In this document: one piece after another, positions 49,181-58,375 of the stretch | How positions within the stretch are numbered: position 1 is the stretch's first letter | How the letters are laid out: every line of letters starts with the position of its first letter | Assembly: GCA_045627725.1 (NCBI GenBank) | Contig: JAZQOH010000053.1 | Coordinates: 1,444 to 65,443, forward strand | Source: Prevotella sp. | GTDB taxonomy: Bacteria > Bacteroidota > Bacteroidia > Bacteroidales > Bacteroidaceae | Length of the DNA: 64,000 nt | Direction: 5' to 3' | Translations under genes and position numbers: made by a program | Notes under the pieces: model-generated | Told to the model about the DNA's origin: nothing | The model's database searches: none | Seen by the model: only the letters and a program-made list of their open reading frames with translations

Positions 49181-51538
49181 ATGAAAAAGATAATTGCTAT
49201 GTTGGCATTCGTGCCAATGCTTGCCAATGCGCAGGCAATCAAGAGTGACGATGCTATTGAGACAAAAGTGAAGAGCATCGTTTCGCAGATGACACTCGAC
49301 GAGAAAGTTGGTCAGATGTGTCAGTTGTGTTTGGATTGTGTGGCTCCTATTGCCGATGCCCGTGCAGGATGGTTAGGACCTGACTATTGCTCTGACCGCT
49401 TTACTCTCGATGAAGGTCGTATGGCAAACGTATTCGGCAACTATAAGGTCGGTTCTATCCTCAATATTCCTAATAGCATTGCTGCCCGTCCACAGCTTTG
49501 GCAGGAAACTATCCGCACTCTCAACCGTAAGTCTATGGATGCCTGCAACGGAGTGCCACAGGTTCATGGTGTTGACATGATACATGGTGCAAGTTACACA
49601 TGGGGCGCAACACTCTTCCCTCAGGAGATAGGTCAGGGTGCTTCCTTCAATAGAAGCATCTCTCGTCGTATCGGTGAGATAACGGCTTATGAGACACGCG
49701 CAAGCCTTGTGCCATGGGTGTTCGCTCCTACGATGGATATCAGCCGTTCACCTCTCTGGCCACGCGTATGGGAGAGCTTTGGTGAGGACGTGATGGTGAA
49801 TGCGGAGATGGCTAAGCAGCTCACCCTTGGTCTTCAGGGGGAGGATCCTAATCATCTCGGTATGTATAATGTGGCAGCTTGCTTGAAGCATTATTTGGCA
49901 TACGGCGCTGCTACGTCGGGCAAGGATCGCACTCCTTCAAGCGTCAGCGAACGCGACATGATGGAGAAGTATTTCCAGCCATTCAAGGCATGTATTGAAG
50001 CTGGTGCATTGAGTATCATGGTTAACTCTGGCAACAATAACGGTGAACCTTTCCATACCAACTACACTCTCCTCACCGAATGGCTTAAGGATGGATTGAA
50101 GTGGGATGGTGTTATCGTTACTGACTGGGGAGATATTGATAATCTCTATGCCCGCGACTTTGTGGCAGCCAATAAAAAAGAGGCTATCTGTCAGGCAATC
50201 AATGCAGGTATCGATATGAGTATGGATCCATACGACCTCAACTTCTGCACTCTTCTCAAGGAACTCGTAAACGAAGGCAAAGTGAAGATGAGTCGTATCG
50301 ACGATGCTGTAAGCCGTATCGTAAGGATGAAGATACGTCTCGGTTTGCTCGATGCCAAGACATGGGATATTCCTTACAAGAAGTTCCAGAAGCTCTATCC
50401 TGACTTTGCAAGCGATAAGTTTGCTCAGGAAGCTCGCACAATGGCTCAGGAATGTATGGTGCTCCTCAAGAATAACAAATCGGTACTTCCTATAAAGGAG
50501 GGAAAGAAAATCTTCGTTTGTGGTCCTAACAGCAATCGCTTCCGTCCTATGAGTGGAGGTTGGACATACACATGGCAGGGCGACAAGACGGATTCCGTAG
50601 CAAATGTAATTGGTAAATATCATACCTTCCTTCAGGCACTTGAGAATCGTTTCGGCAAGGAAAATGTCACTCATGAGAATATCGTAAATTATGATGACGC
50701 AAAAGGCTTTGAGGCAGATGTCTTAAACATGTCAGAGCAATCATTTGATAATCTTGTAAAGAAGGTTAGCGAGGCTGACGTGATAGTTGCCTTCATCGGT
50801 GAGAATAGTTATACGGAAACTGTAGGTAACACAAATTCCCTCGAACTCTCTGCTAATCAGAAGATGATGATAGATCGTATCCATGCCTTTGCTCCTAACA
50901 AACCTCTCGTACTCGTTCTCAATGAAGGTCGTCCTCGTCTTATCACGGAGATTGAGCCTTACGCTGACGCTATCGTTGACGCATTCCTTCCTTCTATGTA
51001 TGGCGGTGATGCGCTTGCTGACCTTCTCTCAGGAGATGCCAATTTCTCGGGTAAGATGCCTATGACATACCCTAAGTATTCCGGTTCTTTTGCTACATAC
51101 GACTATAAGCCATGTGAGAATCGTGCTACCATCGATGGTGCTTATAACTATGACGCAAAGATGGATATTCTCTATCCTTTCGGCTATGGTCTGAGCTATA
51201 CATCGTTTGAGTATTCTGATCTCACGGTTTCTCCAAAGAATCCATCGGCAGATGATGTCATCGAGGTTAGTGTAAAGGTGAAGAATACTGGTAATGTTGC
51301 TGGTAAGGAAGCTGTGTTGATGTATATCTCCGACGTTATTGCTTCGCTCACTCCTGACGTTAAGCGTCTTCGTGGCTTCGAAAAGATTTCCCTTGAGCCA
51401 GGAGAGGTGAAGACTGTTTCTTTCAAGGTTCCTATGAAGGATCTTGCTTTTGTCAACAATAAGTTGAAGTGGGTACTTGAGCCAGGTACTTTCCGTGTGG
51501 CTATCGATAACCAGAACACCACTTTCGAACTCAAGTAA
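49181..51538 (+). CDS. GH3 beta-glucosidase
   Basis: MTLDEKVGQM, DMIHG, RVWESFGED, CLKHY, IVTDW nucleophile, PFGYGLSYT, FnIII-like C-terminus. Confidence 0.93.
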   Translation: MKKIIAMLAFVPMLANAQAIKSDDAIETKVKSIVSQMTLDEKVGQMCQLCLDCVAPIADARAGWLGPDYCSDRFTLDEGRMANVFGNYKVGSILNIPNSIAARPQLWQETIRTLNRKSMDACNGVPQVHGVDMIHGASYTWGATLFPQEIGQGASFNRSISRRIGEITAYETRASLVPWVFAPTMDISRSPLWPRVWESFGEDVMVNAEMAKQLTLGLQGEDPNHLGMYNVAACLKHYLAYGAATSGKDRTPSSVSERDMMEKYFQPFKACIEAGALSIMVNSGNNNGEPFHTNYTLLTEWLKDGLKWDGVIVTDWGDIDNLYARDFVAANKKEAICQAINAGIDMSMDPYDLNFCTLLKELVNEGKVKMSRIDDAVSRIVRMKIRLGLLDAKTWDIPYKKFQKLYPDFASDKFAQEARTMAQECMVLLKNNKSVLPIKEGKKIFVCGPNSNRFRPMSGGWTYTWQGDKTDSVANVIGKYHTFLQALENRFGKENVTHENIVNYDDAKGFEADVLNMSEQSFDNLVKKVSEADVIVAFIGENSYTETVGNTNSLELSANQKMMIDRIHAFAPNKPLVLVLNEGRPRLITEIEPYADAIVDAFLPSMYGGDALADLLSGDANFSGKMPMTYPKYSGSFATYDYKPCENRATIDGAYNYDAKMDILYPFGYGLSYTSFEYSDLTVSPKNPSADDVIEVSVKVKNTGNVAGKEAVLMYISDVIASLTPDVKRLRGFEKISLEPGEVKTVSFKVPMKDLAFVNNKLKWVLEPGTFRVAIDNQNTTFELK

Positions 51539-51541
51539 TCT

Positions 51542-53086
51542 ATGAAAAAGAATATAATGTTTCGCTATGCTTTGGCAATCATGTTCTTCATGATTGCCAA
51601 AAGCATTTATGCAGATAACCTCAAGCTCGGCTCTCTCCTAACGGACAATATGGTGCTCCAGCAGAATGCAGAGGCAAAGCTATGGGGAATGACGGTGCCG
51701 GAAGGTAATGTCACTATAACAGTTTCCTGGCAGAAACAGAAGGTGACGGTGAAGGCTGATAAGCAGGGTAAATGGGTGGCAAAGGTACAAACTCCTGCTG
51801 CCAGTTATGATGCGCAGAAGATAATCATCGCGTCTGGTAAGGAGACTCAAACATTGAAGGATGTCCTTATAGGTGAGGTATGGCTTGCTTCTGGTCAGAG
51901 TAATATGGAGATGCCTCTTGAGGGCTTCGGAGGATGCTGTACGAATCATGGCACTCGTGATGCTGTCATGGCAGCACAGGTGTCGCATTATGTCAGGATG
52001 TTCAATGTGAAGAAGGCGCAGTCGATGACTGAACAGCAGTTCTGCTCCGGCACTTGGAACAAGACGGAGTTTCCTGCTACGATGAAGTTCTCTGCTACTG
52101 CTTATTACTTTGCTTCCATGATAAGCAATGCATTGAATGTTCCTGTTGGTATCGTCAATGCTTCCTATGGTGGTGCGCATCTTGAGAGCTGGTCGCCAAA
52201 GACGTTATGTGAGCAATGGGATGATATTCCTACTGATAGTGTCAGCGTCTATAACTTCGGTACTTATGATTTCGATCGCCCTCTCCTTATGTATAATGCG
52301 ATGTTCTGCCCTGTAAAGGATTATACTTATAAAGGTATTATATGGTATCAGGGATGTAGCAATATCGGTCATGCCGATGTTTATCCACAGCGACTGAAGC
52401 AGATGGTGGAGTGGTGGAGAAAGGATATCGGTTGCGGTGACATTCCTTTCTATCAGGTAGAGATATCTCCATACGAATATGGTGATGGCTCCATGCCTTT
52501 CTCTAAGCCAGAGAATCAGGGCGAGGGAGGCAATAAAGGTGGACTTGGAGCTCTCATCCGCGAAGCACAGATGAAGGCTACTGAGATTATCCCTAACTGC
52601 TCTCTTGCCAGCACCATCGATAATGTGATGCCATACGAGCGTTGGAATATCCATCCTGGAAACAAAAGCGTTGTTGGTGATCGTCTTGCCTTCATCGCTC
52701 TCAATAAAACCTATGGCATGAGTGATATCTCTTGTGAGGGACCTAAGCCGAAGAAGGATTCGTTCCGCATCATTGCTTGTGAGGAACTACCTGCAGAGCA
52801 GAAGGAACTATAAGATAGCGGAAAGGTAGCTGTCATCGGATTTGCTACCGACAACAAGGGTATCTGCCGTTCCTTTGACCTTTCTGGTTTTGAGATTGCT
52901 GGTGCTGACAAGAAGTTCTATCCGGCAAAGGGTATGTTCCGTTGGCAGACCAACGAGGTGTTCCTCTCATCGCCAGAAGTGCCTGAACCTCTTGCTATCC
53001 GCTATTGCTTCCGAGATTGGCAGCCAGGTTCACTTCTCGGTGGTAATGAACTCCCTTGTTCTCCTTTCCGAACAGATAATTGGTAA
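51542..53086 (+). pseudogene. Sialate O-acetylesterase (SASA) family gene interrupted by one in-frame TAA at 52811-52813
   Basis: GEVWLASGQSNM, WYQGCSN, IHPGNK. The same frame continues after the TAA as DSGKVAVIGF..FEIAGADKKFYPA..AIRYCFRDW..LPCSPFRTDNW*. Confidence 0.85.
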
Positions 53087-53097
53087 TAACAAAGAAA

Positions 53098-54759
53098 ATG
53101 ATAACAGTAGAAGGATTAACCGTCGAGTTTGGCGGTACCACACTTTTCAAGGATATTTCCTTTCAGATTAACGAGAAGGACCGTATCGCCCTAATGGGTA
53201 AGAACGGTGCGGGAAAGAGTACGTTACTTAAGATATTGGCTGGCGTTAGGAAACCTACTCGTGGTTCCGTGACAGCTCCAAAGGATTGTGTCGTGGCTTA
53301 TCTTCCACAGCATCTTATGACAGAAGATGGTCGCACTGTCTTTGAGGAGACCTGTCAGGCATTTGCCCATCTTCATGAGACGGAGGCAGAGATAAACCGT
53401 ATAAACCACGAACTGGAGACGCGCACCGATTATGAGAGCGATGCCTATATGGCGCTTATTGAGAAGGTGTCGGCTCTTAGTGAGAAGTTCTATGCCATCG
53501 ATATGACTCATTTCGAGGAAGACGTGGAGAAGATGCTCCTTGGTCTTGGCTTTGAGAGAAGTGACTTCAACCGCTCTACGAGCGAATTCTCTGGTGGATG
53601 GCGTATGCGAATAGAGTTGGCAAAGCTTCTCCTCAAGGATCCTGATGTTCTCCTTCTCGATGAGCCGACTAACCATCTTGACATTGAATCTATCGGTTGG
53701 CTTGAAGATTTCATTCGTGAGAGCGCCAAAGCGGTCGTTGTTATCAGTCATGATCGTAAGTTTGTTGATAACATCACCACACGCACCATTGAGGTGACGA
53801 TGGGAAGAATCTATGACTATCGTGCTACCTACAGCCATTACCTCGAACTTCGCAAGGAGCGTCGCGCCCAGCAGATGAAGCAGTATGAGGAACAGCAGAA
53901 GATGATACAGGAGACAAAGGACTTCATCGAGCGCTTCAAGGGTACATACAGTAAGACGTTCCAGGTGCAGTCGCGTGTGAAGATGCTGGAGAAACTTGAG
54001 CTCATCGAAGTTGATGAGGAAGATACCAGTTCTCTTCGCCTTAAGTTCCCACCATCGCCTCGCTCTGGTTCCTATCCTGTCATTATGAGCGATGTGGCAA
54101 AGTCATTCCCTATACCTGCAGAGAAAGGTGGAGGAGGGGAGAAACTCATCTTCCAGAATGTAAACCTTACCGTGGAGCGTGGTGATAAGATTGCTTTCGT
54201 TGGCAGAAATGGTGAGGGTAAGTCAACGCTTGTGAAGTGTATTATGGGACAGCTTGAGCATCAAGGTGACCTACAACTTGGTCATAACGTGCAGATAGGT
54301 TATTTCGCACAGAATCAGGCTTCGCTCCTCGATGATGAACTTACCGTGTTCCAAACTATCGATGACGTGGCAAAGGGAGAGATACGCAATAAGATTCGCG
54401 ATCTTCTCGGTGCCTTTATGTTCGGTGGTGAGGAAAGCACTAAGAAGGTAAAGGTTCTCTCCGGTGGTGAGCGCACTCGCCTTGCCATCCTCAAGCTTAT
54501 GCTCGAACCTGTCAATCTCCTCATCCTCGACGAGCCAACCAACCATCTCGACCTCAAGACAAAGGATGTCCTCAAACAGGCACTGCAAGACTTTGACGGC
54601 ACCCTCATCGTTGTAAGCCACGACCGTGACTTCCTCGATGGTCTTGTAACCAAGGTCTATGAGTTCGGCAATCAGAAAGTCCGCGAGCATCTCTGCGGCG
54701 TCTATGAGTTCCTCGAGACAAAGAAGATGGAAAGTCTTCAGGAGTTGGAGAAGAAGTAA
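53098..54759 (+). CDS. ABC-F family ribosome-associated ATPase
   Basis: Two ABC domains (GKNGAGKST, FSGGWRMR, LLDEPTNHLD; GRNGEGKST, LSGGERTR) and no TM segments. ATG 53098 preferred. Confidence 0.93.
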   Translation: MITVEGLTVEFGGTTLFKDISFQINEKDRIALMGKNGAGKSTLLKILAGVRKPTRGSVTAPKDCVVAYLPQHLMTEDGRTVFEETCQAFAHLHETEAEINRINHELETRTDYESDAYMALIEKVSALSEKFYAIDMTHFEEDVEKMLLGLGFERSDFNRSTSEFSGGWRMRIELAKLLLKDPDVLLLDEPTNHLDIESIGWLEDFIRESAKAVVVISHDRKFVDNITTRTIEVTMGRIYDYRATYSHYLELRKERRAQQMKQYEEQQKMIQETKDFIERFKGTYSKTFQVQSRVKMLEKLELIEVDEEDTSSLRLKFPPSPRSGSYPVIMSDVAKSFPIPAEKGGGGEKLIFQNVNLTVERGDKIAFVGRNGEGKSTLVKCIMGQLEHQGDLQLGHNVQIGYFAQNQASLLDDELTVFQTIDDVAKGEIRNKIRDLLGAFMFGGEESTKKVKVLSGGERTRLAILKLMLEPVNLLILDEPTNHLDLKTKDVLKQALQDFDGTLIVVSHDRDFLDGLVTKVYEFGNQKVREHLCGVYEFLETKKMESLQELEKK

Positions 54760-54790
54760 AAATCGACTATTTATATTTTCAATCCTCTAA

Positions 54791-54836
54791 TAAGCAAAAA
54801 AAGAAGCATCCGATTGGATGCTTCTTTTTTTGCTTA
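54791..54836. terminator. Bidirectional terminator with a perfect 21-bp stem
   Basis: TAAGCAAAAAAAGAAGCATCC-GATT-GGATGCTTCTTTTTTTGCTTA. Confidence 0.9.
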
Positions 54837-57137
54837 TTGTTGACTACTTGATGTTGTTTGCTTCTCAACTCGTGGATATGCACCAGGAGTGAAGACATAT
54901 TGGTAGTTACGTATGATGTTGAGGAAATACTCCTTCTGAGCATCAAACAATCCATCGAGCAAATGTAAATGGTAAGGGTCTGTAACGATAGCTTGAATCT
55001 TTGCATTTAGATCGGTCTCTGCGAACGATTTGCTTTGCATCTGTCCGAGAGTACGACCTAGAACATTTTCTGGATCGACAGTATGACTTGGGGTCGCAAG
55101 AGTGCTATTGAAATAACAAGCGTAAATCTTGCTGCCCTCAAAAGACCTCTCCACTGCACCGTATGTTTCATTACCCTTAATAGCACCTGTGTGGTATGAC
55201 ACAGCAATGGTGCCGTCTTTATCAGTTGTTCCGTTACGTCCTAAGAGTCCACCGACCTTTGCTGTTGGCAATGTACCCTTTACGCCACCATTGTGTATGC
55301 AAGCAAAGATAAAACCTGTGTTTATACCACAAAGACTACCAACATATTCGCTTTCGCTCTCAACGTCACCCTCTACACGGCAGGCATAGATGAATCCGCC
55401 GTTAGTCTCAGCCAGTGCTCCATGGTCTGTTACCATGACAACATCACTGAGATTCATTTCGCTGATAATAGCCTGTCCACCGATATTCGAGAAGAACGCC
55501 TTACCATTAAGATGAGTAATGTTACGTCCACCACCAATGAAGATGCCGTTGAAAGCATGGTCGGCATCGCCTACACCAACCCAGTCGAGCATGGTAGGTA
55601 CATTTTCCGGATTCTTAATATGCTTATTCTGCACTATCCAATCCACAACAGACGTGTTCTGCAAGTGTATATCGGCATCAAGCTTTACGTATTGTCCTGT
55701 AAACGTACGACCATTCTTTACCTCGTATGCAAAAGAGAGAAGTTGATTAGCAGTAGAAATGGTATAAGGCTTATCTGCGGTACCTGTATTTCCATAAACA
55801 TCGACGATGACACCATTCTTCTCATAGAGCCATGTAGCATCATCTGCGGTAGCATTCTTATCGCCTACGATAGTTATATTATATTTACCCGGTTCATTAG
55901 GATCCACCGTACGTGTTGTGGTCGTGAGGAACGTAGAGTTCTTCTTCAGCGAACCCTGGTCTGGGGTATCGACGAACTCCCAATCCATATACTCCGCACC
56001 TACGGTCATCTTCTCGTTGCGGTGGTTGAGGGAGATATTGATGGTAGTACACTTACCAGAACCGAAACGTATTGCCGTAGGAACACTTGCCGTATAGGTC
56101 TTAGTCACGGTCTTTGTCTCAGGTTCCATCGGGTCAGGATAAGTCACATCGAATGAGAATGACAGTCCATTGGCAGCCAACTGTGTAGGCACGGCAAGAC
56201 CATAGAACGTAAATGTCTTACTTGCATGCGAGCCGACACCCTTAGGGTTCGGTATCCATAGTTTAACGTTCTTCTTCTGATCGTAGTCAGAGATGTCTAA
56301 GACGCTGTTATCACCCTCATCCAGTTTCTCCGTAGTATGACCCATCTGGTTCCACTTATAGCGGGTAAGCATATTCAGGAGGTGCATATCTGAAACTACA
56401 GACAAGGTATCTGCACCACCACCAGCAGCGAAGTCGCTGATGTTTACTATGACACGTACCTGTGCCAATCCATGATGGAACTGCAGCTTGGCAATAGCAT
56501 CCTCTGCAACGATTTTAGTAGAGTGTGTCAACAGGATATCATCCTCACAAAGTTTTACATTACCGCTGAGAGTTTCTGTTTCACCACTATATACCGAGCT
56601 ATAATCAATGATGCCCGTCTCAGTTGGATTACCCAACGAACCGTAGTATGTATCAAGATTGTTTACAGTCTTCTTTTCCCAATCAAATTCTCCCTGTGGC
56701 TTGCAGAAACCGATAAAGGTGTGCTGACTTGTAGCATCACTCCAGTAGATACGGTCGGGATGAGTCTCGCCGCCAGCGACTGTTGTTCCTTTTGATGGAT
56801 CACGGCTCCATCCAGTACTCTTCTCTGTCTTTCCGTCCTTAGTAGTTTCGGTTACAGTACATTTGAACTCGAGATCCTTGTATGTAAACTGATTTATTGC
56901 ACCTTCAGTACGTTTGATGGTAGTGAACACAGCCACATCGTTGTTGGCAAACTCACTGCGTCCCACGTAGTCCTTCAGTTCGGCAACAACAATATCTCCA
57001 GCGGCACGAGTCATAAGAGGACTGACGCCTTGCATCTCCATAGCATCCCCTGGCAGACTCTGGGCATTATCAAGAGTTTCCTGACATGACACAAGTGCAA
57101 ATGCCGATAATATGTATAATAGTAACTTTGTCTTCAT
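54834..57137 (-). CDS. Fimbrillin (type V pilin-like) lipoprotein with GLUG-like C-terminal domain
   Basis: Lipobox LVSC, MTR|A processing-like site, KLQFHHGLAQVRV, then YVKLDADI..FNGIF and GGLLG repeats. Confidence 0.75.
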   Translation of the reverse strand: MKTKLLLYILSAFALVSCQETLDNAQSLPGDAMEMQGVSPLMTRAAGDIVVAELKDYVGRSEFANNDVAVFTTIKRTEGAINQFTYKDLEFKCTVTETTKDGKTEKSTGWSRDPSKGTTVAGGETHPDRIYWSDATSQHTFIGFCKPQGEFDWEKKTVNNLDTYYGSLGNPTETGIIDYSSVYSGETETLSGNVKLCEDDILLTHSTKIVAEDAIAKLQFHHGLAQVRVIVNISDFAAGGGADTLSVVSDMHLLNMLTRYKWNQMGHTTEKLDEGDNSVLDISDYDQKKNVKLWIPNPKGVGSHASKTFTFYGLAVPTQLAANGLSFSFDVTYPDPMEPETKTVTKTYTASVPTAIRFGSGKCTTINISLNHRNEKMTVGAEYMDWEFVDTPDQGSLKKNSTFLTTTTRTVDPNEPGKYNITIVGDKNATADDATWLYEKNGVIVDVYGNTGTADKPYTISTANQLLSFAYEVKNGRTFTGQYVKLDADIHLQNTSVVDWIVQNKHIKNPENVPTMLDWVGVGDADHAFNGIFIGGGRNITHLNGKAFFSNIGGQAIISEMNLSDVVMVTDHGALAETNGGFIYACRVEGDVESESEYVGSLCGINTGFIFACIHNGGVKGTLPTAKVGGLLGRNGTTDKDGTIAVSYHTGAIKGNETYGAVERSFEGSKIYACYFNSTLATPSHTVDPENVLGRTLGQMQSKSFAETDLNAKIQAIVTDPYHLHLLDGLFDAQKEYFLNIIRNYQYVFTPGAYPRVEKQTTSSSQQ

Positions 57138-57183
57138 TTTTCGTTATAAGTTTTCGTTTTCGTAGCGAAGCGTTTTGTTTTCG

Positions 57184-58302
57184 TTATTCCGTAGGTGGAA
57201 CTGGAGTAACAGGAACTGGTTTCAGCGTTACTGGATAAAGCTTACCCTCTACAAAAGTCTTATTCTCAAGTGCTATGCTATAACGCTTGCTGCCATCGCG
57301 AAGCCAGAACACCGCATTCTCTGTCAATACACATGGTGGCACGATAAGGCGATAGTGCTTATCAGCTACTTTATATGCTGTATAGACGCCGGTGTTTGGT
57401 ACGGTAGCGACTGTCTGGGAGTTTGCTCCACCAGGCACTGGATTGCCTGTCATTGGTGCCACTTTTGCACGCTTGTCAGTCTCATCATTTACTGCAACGC
57501 CAAGCACTTTGCCGTTGTTCTCATACGAACAAGAGGACTTCTGCTGATAGCCATAGCCTGAGTTTACCTTTGATGCATCGGCATAGTAGTCACCAATGAC
57601 TATCTCAGCCTGGTCTATGTCTGGCATACCTTCAAGGGTTAGCACAGCTGTAGATGGATTTGTTAGTGTCACATCATCAGATATAGTGATGTCAAGGCAC
57701 GCCATCTTATGCTGGAAGCCAAGGTGTATGTTCCATGCACCTGTTTGCATGAATGTTTGTGCCCAAAGCACGTCGCTGGCACGGTAGTGCTTCTCCTTTG
57801 TCTGGTTTGCATGGAAGACAGGTGTGAGATGGTCGTAGAGTGAGCCGTTTGCCACGAACCTACGCTCCTCGCTGAATGTGCTTGCCACATAGACGTATGG
57901 TGTCTGTTGTGCCTCATAGTAACTACCTATGTCTGGCGAATTAGAAGGAGAATACGTTCCGTAGATATCAAAGCCGTCAGCTGCCATCACTCTCACCCAC
58001 TCATTACCGTTACGCTTGAGATAATACATAGCATCAGAACTATAACCATCCGTTGTCTCACCACGCTCAGTAGAAGAGACAAACGGACATATTATCTTCA
58101 GACGAATGAAGTCGCCATCAAGGAAACTATTGCCCTCCACATTGACACGGGTACGAATCTCACCCTCGAAAGGCAAAACCTCCGAAGTGATAGTGACTTT
58201 ACCCTCCTCTTTCTGTTCAGGAGGGAGAGCATCCTCATTGCTACATGATGCCAAGACTATCAAAGCAAAAAGTGCCAGTATATTTTTCTTATCTATTCGC
58301 AT
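57184..58302 (-). CDS. Fimbrillin (type V pilin-like) lipoprotein
   Basis: Lipobox LASC, RTR|V, SDVLWA..LGFQHKMA, C-terminal strand FVEGKLYPVTL. Confidence 0.75.
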   Translation of the reverse strand: MRIDKKNILALFALIVLASCSNEDALPPEQKEEGKVTITSEVLPFEGEIRTRVNVEGNSFLDGDFIRLKIICPFVSSTERGETTDGYSSDAMYYLKRNGNEWVRVMAADGFDIYGTYSPSNSPDIGSYYEAQQTPYVYVASTFSEERRFVANGSLYDHLTPVFHANQTKEKHYRASDVLWAQTFMQTGAWNIHLGFQHKMACLDITISDDVTLTNPSTAVLTLEGMPDIDQAEIVIGDYYADASKVNSGYGYQQKSSCSYENNGKVLGVAVNDETDKRAKVAPMTGNPVPGGANSQTVATVPNTGVYTAYKVADKHYRLIVPPCVLTENAVFWLRDGSKRYSIALENKTFVEGKLYPVTLKPVPVTPVPPTE

Positions 58303-58375
58303 CTATATCTTATTATTAAATAATCATTCTTTAACGTCCCTTAAGCAACCCTTTAATGGTAGGGACTGGGTCTCT

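Noticed and set aside
52842-53171. 109-aa ORF in the track
   Set aside because: Wrong frame. The real coding signal is the esterase continuation to 53086.
54108-54142. PIPAEKGGGG stretch in ABC-F as a REP-derived insertion
   Set aside because: Only loose similarity to the C/G-rich family, and ABC-F loop length varies naturally.
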